Assembly: GCA_039586365.1 (NCBI GenBank)
Contig: JBDHKN010000009.1
Location: 1-64,000 of the forward strand
Origin: Gemmatimonadota bacterium
GTDB taxonomy: Bacteria; Gemmatimonadota; Gemmatimonadetes; Gemmatimonadales; GWC2-71-9
DNA: 64,000 nucleotides
Reading direction: 5' to 3'
Translations under genes and position numbers: made by a program
Notes under the pieces: model-generated
Told to the model about the DNA's origin: nothing
The model's input: the letters and a program-made list of their open reading frames with translations, nothing else
The model's database searches: none
Shown here: positions 1-9,200 of the stretch, one piece after another
Position numbering within the stretch: the first letter of the stretch is position 1
How the letters are laid out: each line of letters starts with the position of its first letter

Positions 1-1
1 C

Positions 2-1465
2 CGCTCGCTGGCCGACGGCTTCCTCGAGATTCAGCTTGCTGAGTTGGACGGCGATCACTTCCAGCGCGGGAACCCGGCCCTGTATACCGGCGAGGCGATC
101 TTCGCCGTCCTGTCACTGATGTTGCGGGACTTCACTTCTGCGGAACAGCGCGTTGAAGCAATCACCCACCGTATCGCAAGCATGCCGGGATTCTTGCGTG
201 ATGCCCAACGCACGATAGGCAGCAAACCAATACCACGATCATGGACGACTCGGGCTCTCAACGAATGTGACGGCGCGGTCCACGCCTTGGGCAACGGGCT
301 CGAGTCTTGGTGCCAGAGCCATGGATTCGATGAGCGATCCACTGGTAGCCTGAGGGATGCCGGGCAGCGGGCGTTGTCCGCCGTGGCGGGATTCCGCTCC
401 TGGCTCGGCTCGATCCCTGACGCGCAAGCCAGGCGCTCGGGTTGCGGTCCGGAGTTCTATGACCTGCTTCTCCGACGCGGACACTGGAGCACGCGGACCC
501 GCGGCGATCTGCTGGCTGAGGCTTGGCACCGGTTCGAGCAAGCGGAGGCGAGGTTGGGAGAGATGGCACAGTCGGTGGATTCGGGTGGGTGGCCCGCGGT
601 AGCAGCGCGACTGGCCGAGCTTCACCCCACCCGCGACGATTACCTGGGCGCGTATCAACGGACCTGGGACGCCTGTCAACGGATCGCAGTCGCACGGGGC
701 CTCGTCAACTGGCCCAGCTTCCCGATCCGGTACGTTCCTATTCCGCAGTGGGTCAGAGAGTCAGCTCCCAATCTCTACTTCTTGCATTATCGGTCGCCGG
801 CTCCATATGACCTTCCGGAGGTAGTCGACTACCTGGTGCCTCCGATCGACCACCGGCTAGCACCAGAGCTGGTGGAGTCTCTATTGCGGGCTACCAACGA
901 CAGTGTGATCAAGTTGAACCACGTAGTGCACCACGGTGCACTTGGCCACCATGTGCAGAACTTCTACGCGTACCAATCGGCATCGCGGGTGGGACAGTTA
1001 GCTGCAGTGGACTGTGCCAGCCGGATTGGGATGTTTTGTGGCGGCTCACTTGCCGAGGGGTGGGCCTGCTACGCGACGGACCTGATGGGCGAATCGGGTT
1101 TCTTGACCGAGCTAGAACTGGTAGCGGAGCAGCACTCGCGGCTCCGCCAACTGGGCCGGGCCATCGTCGATATCGAGCTACATCAGCATTCCATTGATGA
1201 AGGAGACGCGCAGCGCTTCTACGAGGAGAGGGTGGGCATGACTTCGGCTGCTGCGGCCAAGGAAGTGACGCGCGACTCCATGTTCCCGGGAACGGCGGTA
1301 ATGTACTGGCTCGGTACCCAGGGGATACATGACTTGCGGATTGCACGTCAACAGGCAGAGGGTGCAGCATTCTCGCTCCGCGCCTTTCACGACAAGTTAC
1401 TGAGCTTCGGGTCCATCCCGGTGCTACTGATCGCACAGCTAATGTCAGGGAGTGCCTTCGTATGA
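2..1465 (+). CDS. DUF885 family protein (zincin-like metallopeptidase fold), 5'-truncated by window edge
   Basis: Frame is open from position 2. Motifs HHGALGHHVQ, EGWACYA, RAIVDIELH, YWLG and FSLRAFHDKLLSFGSIP match DUF885. The usual HE of the HExxxGHH motif reads HG here. Confidence 0.8.
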   Translation, partial: RSLADGFLEIQLAELDGDHFQRGNPALYTGEAIFAVLSLMLRDFTSAEQRVEAITHRIASMPGFLRDAQRTIGSKPIPRSWTTRALNECDGAVHALGNGLESWCQSHGFDERSTGSLRDAGQRALSAVAGFRSWLGSIPDAQARRSGCGPEFYDLLLRRGHWSTRTRGDLLAEAWHRFEQAEARLGEMAQSVDSGGWPAVAARLAELHPTRDDYLGAYQRTWDACQRIAVARGLVNWPSFPIRYVPIPQWVRESAPNLYFLHYRSPAPYDLPEVVDYLVPPIDHRLAPELVESLLRATNDSVIKLNHVVHHGALGHHVQNFYAYQSASRVGQLAAVDCASRIGMFCGGSLAEGWACYATDLMGESGFLTELELVAEQHSRLRQLGRAIVDIELHQHSIDEGDAQRFYEERVGMTSAAAAKEVTRDSMFPGTAVMYWLGTQGIHDLRIARQQAEGAAFSLRAFHDKLLSFGSIPVLLIAQLMSGSAFV

Positions 1466-3078
1466 CCGAAGTGCGTCGGTGTGTCTGGTTCCTTGCGACC
1501 GCGTTGATCGCGGCCGCTGGCTGGGTTGCCTGTGGATCAGACGTTGGTGCTGCGGGTCCGTCGAACGACCTCCTGATCGTCGGCTACGATCGCGAGCCTG
1601 ACCTTCTCAACCGCTTCAGCACCCACATACTCGAGGACATCCACTCTTGCGTGATTGAGGGACTCACGACCACTGACGAGAACATGAACGTTATCCCGGT
1701 GCTTGCAACCGAGGTCCCCACGCTGACAAACGGCGGCGTACGGCTCCGCGCGGATGGCGGTATGGATGTCATCTGGAAGCTCAGGCCAAACGTTGCGTGG
1801 CACGACGGGACACCGTTCACTGCGGCAGACGTCAAGTTCACGGTCGAAGCCCTGAACGATCCGAATTACAATCCGGAGAGCACCGATGGGTTCGACCGCA
1901 TCGAATCGGTCGACACCCCCGACTCACTGACCGCGATCGTGCACTACAGAGAGATCTACGCACCGTACGCAATTCAATTCTTCCGGGGCACCTTCCCGAA
2001 ACATGTCCTCGAGGGTCGCGACATAGACCGTGCCATCGATTACAACCGGAATCCCCTCGGCACCGGTCCGTACCGTGTGGCGGAGTGGAAGACGGGGGAG
2101 TACATCCTGCTGGAGCGGGTGCCCAACTATTGGCGCGGTACGGAGTATCCGAAAATCAGGCGTTTGATGTTCAAATTCGTTGCCAACACCAATACGCGGA
2201 TCAATCAGCTCAGGAGCGGTGAGGTCCACGTTGTCGCTCTGGTGCCCTGGGACAAGGCTCGTGAGGTGCGGGAGACCGAGGGCATCACGCTGCATCGGCT
2301 GGTGGGAAACAGCTATGAACACGTGACACTCAATCAGCGTGAGTTTGCGCCATTTAGAGACGTCAGGGTCCGTCAAGCGCTGGTCCACGCGATCGACCGC
2401 GAGCTGATCGTGAACACGATCCTCGATGGACTTGCTCCTGTCATCCATGGCCCGATCCAGCCACCTTCGTGGGCATTCACAGATGAAGTGCGCCACTACC
2501 CGTACGATCCCGGACGAGCAAGTGAGTTGCTCGACGCTGCTGGATGGCGCGACGCTGACGGTGATGGGATTCGCGAGCGTGATGGCCGTCCGTTGTCATT
2601 CACACTGATAACTCAAGCCGGTTATGCCATTCGTGAGAATGTTGCCCAGACCTTGCAGCGCCAGTTCCGCGATGTCGGGGTAGCTATGCAGATCCGTATG
2701 ATCGATGGGACTGCGATCAGCAGTCTCTGGTTTGAAGGCAAGTTCCAAGCGATGCTACACTGGTGGCACATGCCATCCGATCCAGAAATCACTCTGTTCT
2801 TCGCCAAGGACCGGATACCGCCAGCAGGACGCAACATCAACTACATCGAGAACGACAGTCTGACAGCGCTGCTCTATGCCTCTGATCGCACGGTGGATGT
2901 GGACGAGCGCCGTTCCCTACTGTGGGAGGCACAAAGGCTCCTTGCCGAACTAGTGCCAGAGATCCCGCTCTACAATGTGACACGGCTCGACGCGGTGCCA
3001 GTGAATCTGCTGAACTTCAGAGGGAACCCGACGAACACGGGCATCTTTTGGAACGTGCACGAATGGGAGATCCGCTAG
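1462..3078 (+). CDS. Peptide/nickel ABC transporter substrate-binding lipoprotein (family 5)
   Basis: Lipobox-like WVAC; motifs LRPNVAWHDGTPFTAADVKFT, PLGTGPY, DVRVRQALVHAIDR; ATGA overlap with upstream gene. Confidence 0.93.
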   Translation: MTEVRRCVWFLATALIAAAGWVACGSDVGAAGPSNDLLIVGYDREPDLLNRFSTHILEDIHSCVIEGLTTTDENMNVIPVLATEVPTLTNGGVRLRADGGMDVIWKLRPNVAWHDGTPFTAADVKFTVEALNDPNYNPESTDGFDRIESVDTPDSLTAIVHYREIYAPYAIQFFRGTFPKHVLEGRDIDRAIDYNRNPLGTGPYRVAEWKTGEYILLERVPNYWRGTEYPKIRRLMFKFVANTNTRINQLRSGEVHVVALVPWDKAREVRETEGITLHRLVGNSYEHVTLNQREFAPFRDVRVRQALVHAIDRELIVNTILDGLAPVIHGPIQPPSWAFTDEVRHYPYDPGRASELLDAAGWRDADGDGIRERDGRPLSFTLITQAGYAIRENVAQTLQRQFRDVGVAMQIRMIDGTAISSLWFEGKFQAMLHWWHMPSDPEITLFFAKDRIPPAGRNINYIENDSLTALLYASDRTVDVDERRSLLWEAQRLLAELVPEIPLYNVTRLDAVPVNLLNFRGNPTNTGIFWNVHEWEIR

Positions 3079-3081
3079 CCG

Positions 3082-4032
3082 GTGTTTAGGTTCGTTGTGC
3101 GGCGGGTTGTGCAGGCTGTACCTCTTCTGGTTCTCATATCGGTCCTAGTATTCGCCCTCATTCACGCCGCGCCCGGCGGTCCCTTAGAGATGTACCTCGC
3201 CAACCCAAACGTGCGGCCAGAGGATATCGAGCGGCTTCGCGTCGCGCTGGGATTGGACCGTCCGATCACGGAACAGTACTTGGCCTGGCTGAAGGGGTTC
3301 ATCGTTGGTGAGTGGGGATACAGCTTCACCGATGGGCGGCCGGTACTTGAGCGTCTGCTCGAGAGATTGCCGGCGACGCTAGAACTCATCGCCAGCGCAG
3401 TACTTGTGGCAGCCCTCGCTGCGCTGCCGCTGGGCGTGTTCGGTGCACTGAAGAAGGGTGGGTGGCTCGACCACACGACGACTGTCGTCTCGTTTGCAGG
3501 GATCTCGCTTCCAGTGTTTTGGGTGGGACTGCTACTCCAACTCGTCTTCGCCGTGGCACTCGGTTGGCTTCCGTCGTCAGGGCGAGCCTCCTTCGGAGAC
3601 GGAGATCTGACTGACCGGCTGAGCCACGTGATCATGCCGGCAATTGTACTCGCGGCCGTACACGCTGCGGCTTGGTCACGGTTCCTACGATCATCGATGG
3701 GTACAGCGGTACAACAGAGGTTTATCCTGGCTGCACGGGCGCGCGGCATACACGAGAGACGTGTTGTGTGGCGGCACGCGCTCCAAAACGCACTGCTTCC
3801 CTTCGTCACAGTACTGATGATGGATGCAGCGATCATGGTGACAGGTGCAGTAATCACGGAAAGTGTGTTTGCCTGGCCAGGTCTGGGGAGTCTTTTCACG
3901 GAGGCGCTGGCGCGGCGGGATTACACCGTATTGATGGCCTTCTTGATGATGACATCCGCCGCGGTGGTGTTCCTGAATCTGGCCGCAGACGTGTTATACC
4001 ACATACTCGATCCGCGCGTGAGTGTGCGATGA
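3082..4032 (+). CDS. Oligopeptide ABC transporter permease (OppB/DppB-like)
   Basis: LGLDRPITEQY, RLPATLEL, EAA loop AARARG, RHALQNAL, ITESVFAWPGLG, LDPRV. Confidence 0.93.
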   Translation: MFRFVVRRVVQAVPLLVLISVLVFALIHAAPGGPLEMYLANPNVRPEDIERLRVALGLDRPITEQYLAWLKGFIVGEWGYSFTDGRPVLERLLERLPATLELIASAVLVAALAALPLGVFGALKKGGWLDHTTTVVSFAGISLPVFWVGLLLQLVFAVALGWLPSSGRASFGDGDLTDRLSHVIMPAIVLAAVHAAAWSRFLRSSMGTAVQQRFILAARARGIHERRVVWRHALQNALLPFVTVLMMDAAIMVTGAVITESVFAWPGLGSLFTEALARRDYTVLMAFLMMTSAAVVFLNLAADVLYHILDPRVSVR

Positions 4033-4835
4033 AGCGGTCCCAAGACAGACGTGCTGCGTGGACGGCTGGCGCCGTGCTGCTGCTGCTCGCCGTAACGGCG
4101 GCAGCTGCACCGTTACTCACGCCGTACGTGCCCGACGGTATCGATCTCGCGAACCGTCGGGCGGCGCCATCGTTCGCACACCTGTTTGGAACCGACGAGC
4201 TGGGACGCGACGTGTTGACGCGGACTCTTTTCGGAGCACGCATTTCACTCGTCATCGGCCTCCTCGCAGCCGCCGTCACGGCTGTGGTCGGTGTTACGAT
4301 CGGAGCGGTGAGTGGGTATGTGAGGGGTTGGATCGACAACGCGCTGATGAGATTGACGGACGCAATGCTCTCCGTTCCCAGACTTCCCCTGCTCATGATC
4401 GCGGCCGCAATTTTCGAGCCTTCCGTGCCGGCGCTGATCATCCTAATCGGCCTTGCCGGTTGGATGGAGACCGCGAGGATCGTGCGCGCCGAGTTCTTGT
4501 CGCTCAAGGAACAGACGTACGTCGATGCGGCGCGCGCCGTTGGAATGCAGCCAGTGAGGATCGTGGTCCGACACCTGCTTCCCGGTGCGGCACCAGCGGC
4601 GGTGGTTGCTGCGACTCTCGCGGTGGGCAGGGCGATCATGCTCGAGTCGGCAATGAGCTTTTTCGGGGTGGGGATCCAGCCACCCCAACCCAGCCTTGGG
4701 AACATGCTGTACCAGGCCCAAACGTCCATGAGCACTGAGCCTTGGCTCGCGTTCTTTCCGGGTATGTTCATATTCCTGACCGTGCTCACCGTGTACGTAG
4801 TTGGGGCGGATCTTGGGGCGAGGGAGTTGCGGTGA
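4029..4835 (+). CDS. Oligopeptide ABC transporter permease (OppC/DppC-like)
   Basis: HLFGTDELGRDVLTR, GARISL, YVDAARAVG, RHLLP, ESAMSFFGVG; start placed at ATG 4029, which overlaps the upstream stop (ATGA). Confidence 0.92.
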   Translation: MKRSQDRRAAWTAGAVLLLLAVTAAAAPLLTPYVPDGIDLANRRAAPSFAHLFGTDELGRDVLTRTLFGARISLVIGLLAAAVTAVVGVTIGAVSGYVRGWIDNALMRLTDAMLSVPRLPLLMIAAAIFEPSVPALIILIGLAGWMETARIVRAEFLSLKEQTYVDAARAVGMQPVRIVVRHLLPGAAPAAVVAATLAVGRAIMLESAMSFFGVGIQPPQPSLGNMLYQAQTSMSTEPWLAFFPGMFIFLTVLTVYVVGADLGARELR

Positions 4836-4838
4836 AAG

Positions 4839-4866
4839 GGGAGCAGGGAGCAGGGAACAGGGAACT
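4839..4866 (+). repeat. Intergenic heptamer tandem repeat (GGGAGCA)2-GGGAACA-GGGAACT
   Basis: Four 7-nt units directly after the permease stop codon. Confidence 0.75.
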
Positions 4867-4911
4867 AGTGAGTGAGAGAGGTGAACTAATTCGAACGGTG
4901 GAGGACCCGGT

Positions 4912-6585
4912 ATGTCGCAGAGCACAGGCTCGTTGCTGAGGCGCCTGTTCGAGATCCGCAGTAGCTACGGCTCTGGAGAGGCAGAGGAAAAGACCCGACT
5001 GGTGACACTGCTGGCGCGACGTCGCCTCGGGTCCAGCCGGGAAGTGGAGTCTTTTCATGATGCTGTCCTCTTCATGCGGGCGTTTCCCGATGATGCTGGT
5101 ATGCTCGACGCCTGTGAGCGGGCGCTGTGCGGCTTTCACCGACGGGGCGACGTAGTACGGGCACAGCGTGACCTCGAGGGAACGGGTATCGCCGGTACCG
5201 CCATGAGCTATCCGTTCTCCTACCCGATGGCTCATTGGCTTGCAGCCCGTGAACCCGAAGGTGCGCGACTCGTGTGGCCCGACTGGGAGCGGAGCGGCGA
5301 GCTGGATGACCTGCTGCCTCTCCTCACCCGTAAGGCCGAGGCTCCCGGAGTCGATGACGAAACGGTCTCCGCGAGAGAATGGCTCCACAACGCCCGCTGT
5401 GAGGGGAAGGGAGACTACGTGACTCTGGTGGAGCGGTTCGGAGCGCTCGACGCTGCGCCGGAAGTTCGCGAATATCTCTTCAACAATCTCGACGTGCCCG
5501 TACAATGGGATCTTGGTGGAGGGCCCGACTCGAGAACCTTGGCCCGCTGGCAGGGTGGTCCGACGCAGTATCAGTGCGGCCCGCTCGATCACAGTCGGCC
5601 CAAGCTACGTCAGGCGGTGCTGGAGGTACCACGCATCCGTGCAGTGGATCCCAGAGACGGGCAGCGCCTGGTCGACCTCAGCCGTTCCACCATGAGCGTT
5701 CGCTACCGGGAACTGGAGGCGTTCGACTACGGAGATCCGCGGGACGCGTGGCTGGCCGACGTGGGCCGTGGGCTGTTGATCAGTTTGGTGGGTTTGCGCC
5801 CCGAGCGACGGCTGTGGCCCGAGTCGCTCTACGGCGGTCTGTTCCTGAAGAACGGCGTACCGATTGGATATCATCTGGCGAGCGCTCTATTTGGTTCGTC
5901 CGAGGTGGCCTACAACGTCTTCCCCGAGTTTCGCCGAGGTGAATCAGCCTGGATGTTCGGTCGTTTGCTCGCGACGGTGCACGGCTTTCTGGGTGCCACG
6001 GACTTCACTGTGTTTCGCTACCAGATCGGATACGAAAACCAAGAGGCAATCGATTCCGGGGCCTTTTGGTTCTATCACAAGCTGGGATTCCGGCCCCGCG
6101 GTGGAGCCGTGCGGAAACTCATCCGCGCTGAGGAAGCCCGGTTGAGAGCGAGGCCCGGATACCGCAGTCCACCAACAGTGCTGCGGCGCCTGTCCGAGGA
6201 GCACGTCTACTTCCATGTGGGCGCACGCCGTGACGAGTTGATCGGCCTGTTTCCCTACGCCAATTTGGGTCATAAGGTCACGCAATGGTTCGCCTCACAT
6301 GGAGGCTCTACTGTTGCGGCAAGGCGTGACGCGGTGCGTGAAGCTGAAGCATTGCTCGGCGTGCGCCGCCGCTCCTCCTGGCCAGTTGCAGAGCGGCGAG
6401 CCTTCGCGACGTGGGCTCCGGCGGTTGTGCTCCTTGACGGTCTCAAGCGCTGGCGCACCGAGCGGCGCCGTGAATTGGTGCGCGTACTACGCGCAAAGGG
6501 GGGAATCCACGAAGTCCGCTTCGTGCAGCTATCGAACCACCACCATCCCTTCCGGCGGGCTTTGCAGACACTCTGCCTTTCTTGA
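4912..6585 (+). CDS. Hypothetical protein, 557 aa, possible C-terminal GNAT-like region
   Basis: Long ORF with SD GGAGG. VFPEFRRG and AFWFYHKLGFRP resemble GNAT motifs A and B. No family recognised. Confidence 0.75.
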   Translation: MSQSTGSLLRRLFEIRSSYGSGEAEEKTRLVTLLARRRLGSSREVESFHDAVLFMRAFPDDAGMLDACERALCGFHRRGDVVRAQRDLEGTGIAGTAMSYPFSYPMAHWLAAREPEGARLVWPDWERSGELDDLLPLLTRKAEAPGVDDETVSAREWLHNARCEGKGDYVTLVERFGALDAAPEVREYLFNNLDVPVQWDLGGGPDSRTLARWQGGPTQYQCGPLDHSRPKLRQAVLEVPRIRAVDPRDGQRLVDLSRSTMSVRYRELEAFDYGDPRDAWLADVGRGLLISLVGLRPERRLWPESLYGGLFLKNGVPIGYHLASALFGSSEVAYNVFPEFRRGESAWMFGRLLATVHGFLGATDFTVFRYQIGYENQEAIDSGAFWFYHKLGFRPRGGAVRKLIRAEEARLRARPGYRSPPTVLRRLSEEHVYFHVGARRDELIGLFPYANLGHKVTQWFASHGGSTVAARRDAVREAEALLGVRRRSSWPVAERRAFATWAPAVVLLDGLKRWRTERRRELVRVLRAKGGIHEVRFVQLSNHHHPFRRALQTLCLS

Positions 6586-6659
6586 CCCCTCCTTCACTCG
6601 CGTGGCGTACTGATAGTACGCGATCCCCGTCTGCGGTTTCCCAACCGCCGGCCCAGCAA

Positions 6660-6874
6660 TCGGCCGAGGCAAGGAGCAACGTAGACGCATGTCTCGGCTG
6701 CTGGTATGCCTTCAGGAGAGAGTCGGACACTGCGATGTCCCTGCGAGGTTGCAGGGAGAAACTCCGCCTGGGATTGAGAATACTCGTGCGGAATGGAGTT
6801 CGCAGGAGGATCGAGCGGCGGAGACAGTGGAGTTGAGGCATCACGGTCTACGTCGTCCTTTGACTACCGGCCGA
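6660..6874 (+). ncRNA. Candidate structured RNA element (unassigned)
   Basis: Nested long-range helix 6660-6703/6825-6874 (about 35 bp in five segments, several G-U on the + strand) enclosing hairpins 6738-6757 and 6762-6823. Confidence 0.35.
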
Positions 6875-7161
6875 GACAGATTCTCGCTGATGGCCAACCG
6901 GTCCAACGGCCAAACGAACTCCGACGTCGATACCAGCGACCGAACAGCCGAGCCGTGGCTGTTGGGCGGGAGAAACGACGCAACCGCCGGCCGGGTTCGT
7001 CATCCGACTCATGACGGTCAGCCGAATTGCCCATGCGGTTGTCACGGGTTACAATCGCAACAATATGCTGGCTCGGCGGTATTACGGCAGCCATGTTCGT
7101 TCCTCCCTCCTCGAGAGGGGAATTGCTGAGAACTCGAACGCCACGCGACTGAGGATCAAGA

Positions 7162-7526
7162 ATGGTGGAGGCGCAAACCCGAGAGAGGCTCGTCGCTTTT
7201 ACCGAAAGGCATGCAGCCGAACAGTTGCAGTTCCTGATGCATCTGCGCCGGCAGAGCAGCTGCACGTACAACAAGGCCGGGACGGATCGGGTGGCCGACC
7301 GGGCGCAGAGTTGGGCCAGACGTTCGCCCGCGAGCACCGGCGCGGGACCTCTGATGCCAACTTCTTCGGATCGTTCGGCGTGCCGACGGTCGACGGCCTC
7401 GGCCCCGTCTGCAAGGACTATCACACTCCGGAGGAGTTCGTCTTCGTCTCCAGTATCAAGGAGAGGTCGGCCTTGCTGGCAATGGCCGTCGTGTCCAAAG
7501 GTCGGCATTTCGCAGGGAACGGCTAG
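7162..7526 (+). pseudogene. M20 metallopeptidase remnant with large internal deletion and frameshift
   Basis: M20-like N-terminus (QLQFLMHLRRQSSCTYNKAGTDRVAD) is joined near 7300, in another frame, to an M20 C-terminus (GTSDANFF..GVPTVDGLGP...HTPEEF..SIKERSALLA). The metal-binding core is missing. Confidence 0.75.
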
Positions 7527-7539
7527 CCGGTCGGGGTAG

Positions 7540-9126
7540 ATGGGAAAGGCAGAGGCCAGCGGGCACCGCCCACCGAACCGGTTCTTCGACCGCCTGATCC
7601 GAACGACGGAACGCATCGGGAACTTCCTGCCCCACCCGTTCACTGTATTTGTCATCCTCATTGGTGTGGTGGTGGGGCTTTCCATACTGCTTTCCCAGCT
7701 GGGCGTCTCCGTTTCCTACGTTACCATCGATCCGGCAAGCGGCGCAGAGGTTGCCAACACCGTCCGAGTTTTGAGTCTCGTCCAGAAGTCCATCATTCAG
7801 GCGACGATGCAGGACTTCGTGAACATCTATGCGTCGTTTACCCCAGTGGGTTTCGTCATCATCATGATTCTGGGAGTGAGCGTAGCAGAGCACACGGGGT
7901 TCTTCTCCGCTGTGATCCGCACGGTCGTCCAGAGGACCCCACCAGCGTTGATCACCTTCGTTATTGCGCTGGTGGGGATCTGTGCCAACGTGGCGTCGGA
8001 TGCCGGAATCATCATCGCGCCAACTTTGGGAGGAGCGATCTTCCTGGCGCTGAAACGCCATCCCGTGGCCGGAGTGTGCGCGGGCTACGTGGCGGCTTAC
8101 GGCGGCTTCTCGGCGAACATCTTCCCTGCTGGGACGGACGTCGTATTGGCCGGCATCACTCAGTCGGCGGTGAGCCATTTCGCCGTGGACGCGGCAGTCC
8201 ATCCGCTGATGGACTGGTACTGTATGATGGGATCCACCTTGGTTCTGGCCTCCGTCGTAACCCTCATTACGGAGAAGGTGATCGTCCCCTTCCTCGGTGA
8301 CTACGGTCCTCCCGGAGAAGTGGGGCTCCCGACGCCGGAGCAGTTCCACCTGGAGGCAGAGGAGAAGCGGGGCCTCGTAGCGGCGGCGGTGGTCACGGTG
8401 ACGTTTCTCGGTGTCCTCCTCCTCCTCACGGTTCCAGGCGACGCACTGCTACGCAACGCGGAGGGCAAGCTGCTCCCGAGGTCTCCACTGATCTCGGGGA
8501 TCATCGCCATTCTCTTCATCTACTTCGTCATCGTCGGGATGACGTACGGGATCGCAGCAAGGAGGTTGCACTCCGAGAAGGACGTTCCGAAAATGATGCA
8601 GCGAGGATTGGCTGGGGTGTCCAGTTTCCTCGTGGTCTGCCTGCCTGCTTCCCTGTTCATCCATCTCTTTCAGGAGAGCAACCTGACGGCGGTCATTGCC
8701 GTGCGGGGGGCGGATCTGATCAAGGGACTGGATATCGGCATGATCCCGACCATCTTGTTGTTCGCTCTCTTTTGTGCGGTCATGAACGTGTTCATCACCA
8801 GCGGCTTCACTAAGTGGCTGATCCTTGCTCCCATCTTCATCCCCCTGTTCTATCAATTGGGTGTGAGCCCAGCAACGGCGCAGATGGCGTACCGGATCGG
8901 CGATTCCACCACGAACATCATCTCGCCGGTATCCGCGTACCTGCCGTTCCTCCTTGGTTTGTTGGAGAAGTACCGCAGCGAAGGTCAGGATGTCGGTATC
9001 GGGTCGGCCATGTCGCTGATGCTGCCCTACTCAATGACGCTTTCCGTGGTGTGGATTGCCTACCTTGGTGTGTGGCTGATACTGGGACTCGATCCGGGAC
9101 CCGGGGTAACATTGTTCCTGGACTAG
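7540..9126 (+). CDS. abgT: AbgT family transporter (p-aminobenzoyl-glutamate transporter-like)
   Basis: ERIGNFLPHPF, GVSVAEHTG, ASDAG, RHPVAG, GGFSAN, AYRIGDSTTNIISP, MLPYS; multiple TM segments. Confidence 0.92.
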   Translation: MGKAEASGHRPPNRFFDRLIRTTERIGNFLPHPFTVFVILIGVVVGLSILLSQLGVSVSYVTIDPASGAEVANTVRVLSLVQKSIIQATMQDFVNIYASFTPVGFVIIMILGVSVAEHTGFFSAVIRTVVQRTPPALITFVIALVGICANVASDAGIIIAPTLGGAIFLALKRHPVAGVCAGYVAAYGGFSANIFPAGTDVVLAGITQSAVSHFAVDAAVHPLMDWYCMMGSTLVLASVVTLITEKVIVPFLGDYGPPGEVGLPTPEQFHLEAEEKRGLVAAAVVTVTFLGVLLLLTVPGDALLRNAEGKLLPRSPLISGIIAILFIYFVIVGMTYGIAARRLHSEKDVPKMMQRGLAGVSSFLVVCLPASLFIHLFQESNLTAVIAVRGADLIKGLDIGMIPTILLFALFCAVMNVFITSGFTKWLILAPIFIPLFYQLGVSPATAQMAYRIGDSTTNIISPVSAYLPFLLGLLEKYRSEGQDVGIGSAMSLMLPYSMTLSVVWIAYLGVWLILGLDPGPGVTLFLD

Positions 9127-9200
9127 GTGGCCGCCGTGGAGGGTCGCGGAGGTGTGACTATTTGACTGACTCCCTACGATATCGAAGGAGAGACCGTCGT

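Noticed and set aside
6605..6890. SRP RNA, RNase P RNA, 6S RNA, tmRNA or a known riboswitch
   Set aside because: Lacks the SRP helix-8 CAGG-GGAA-AGCAG motif, the RNase P GAGGAAAGUCC and GGUAAAC motifs, a two-sided 6S bubble and tRNA-like ends. Kept only as an unassigned structure.
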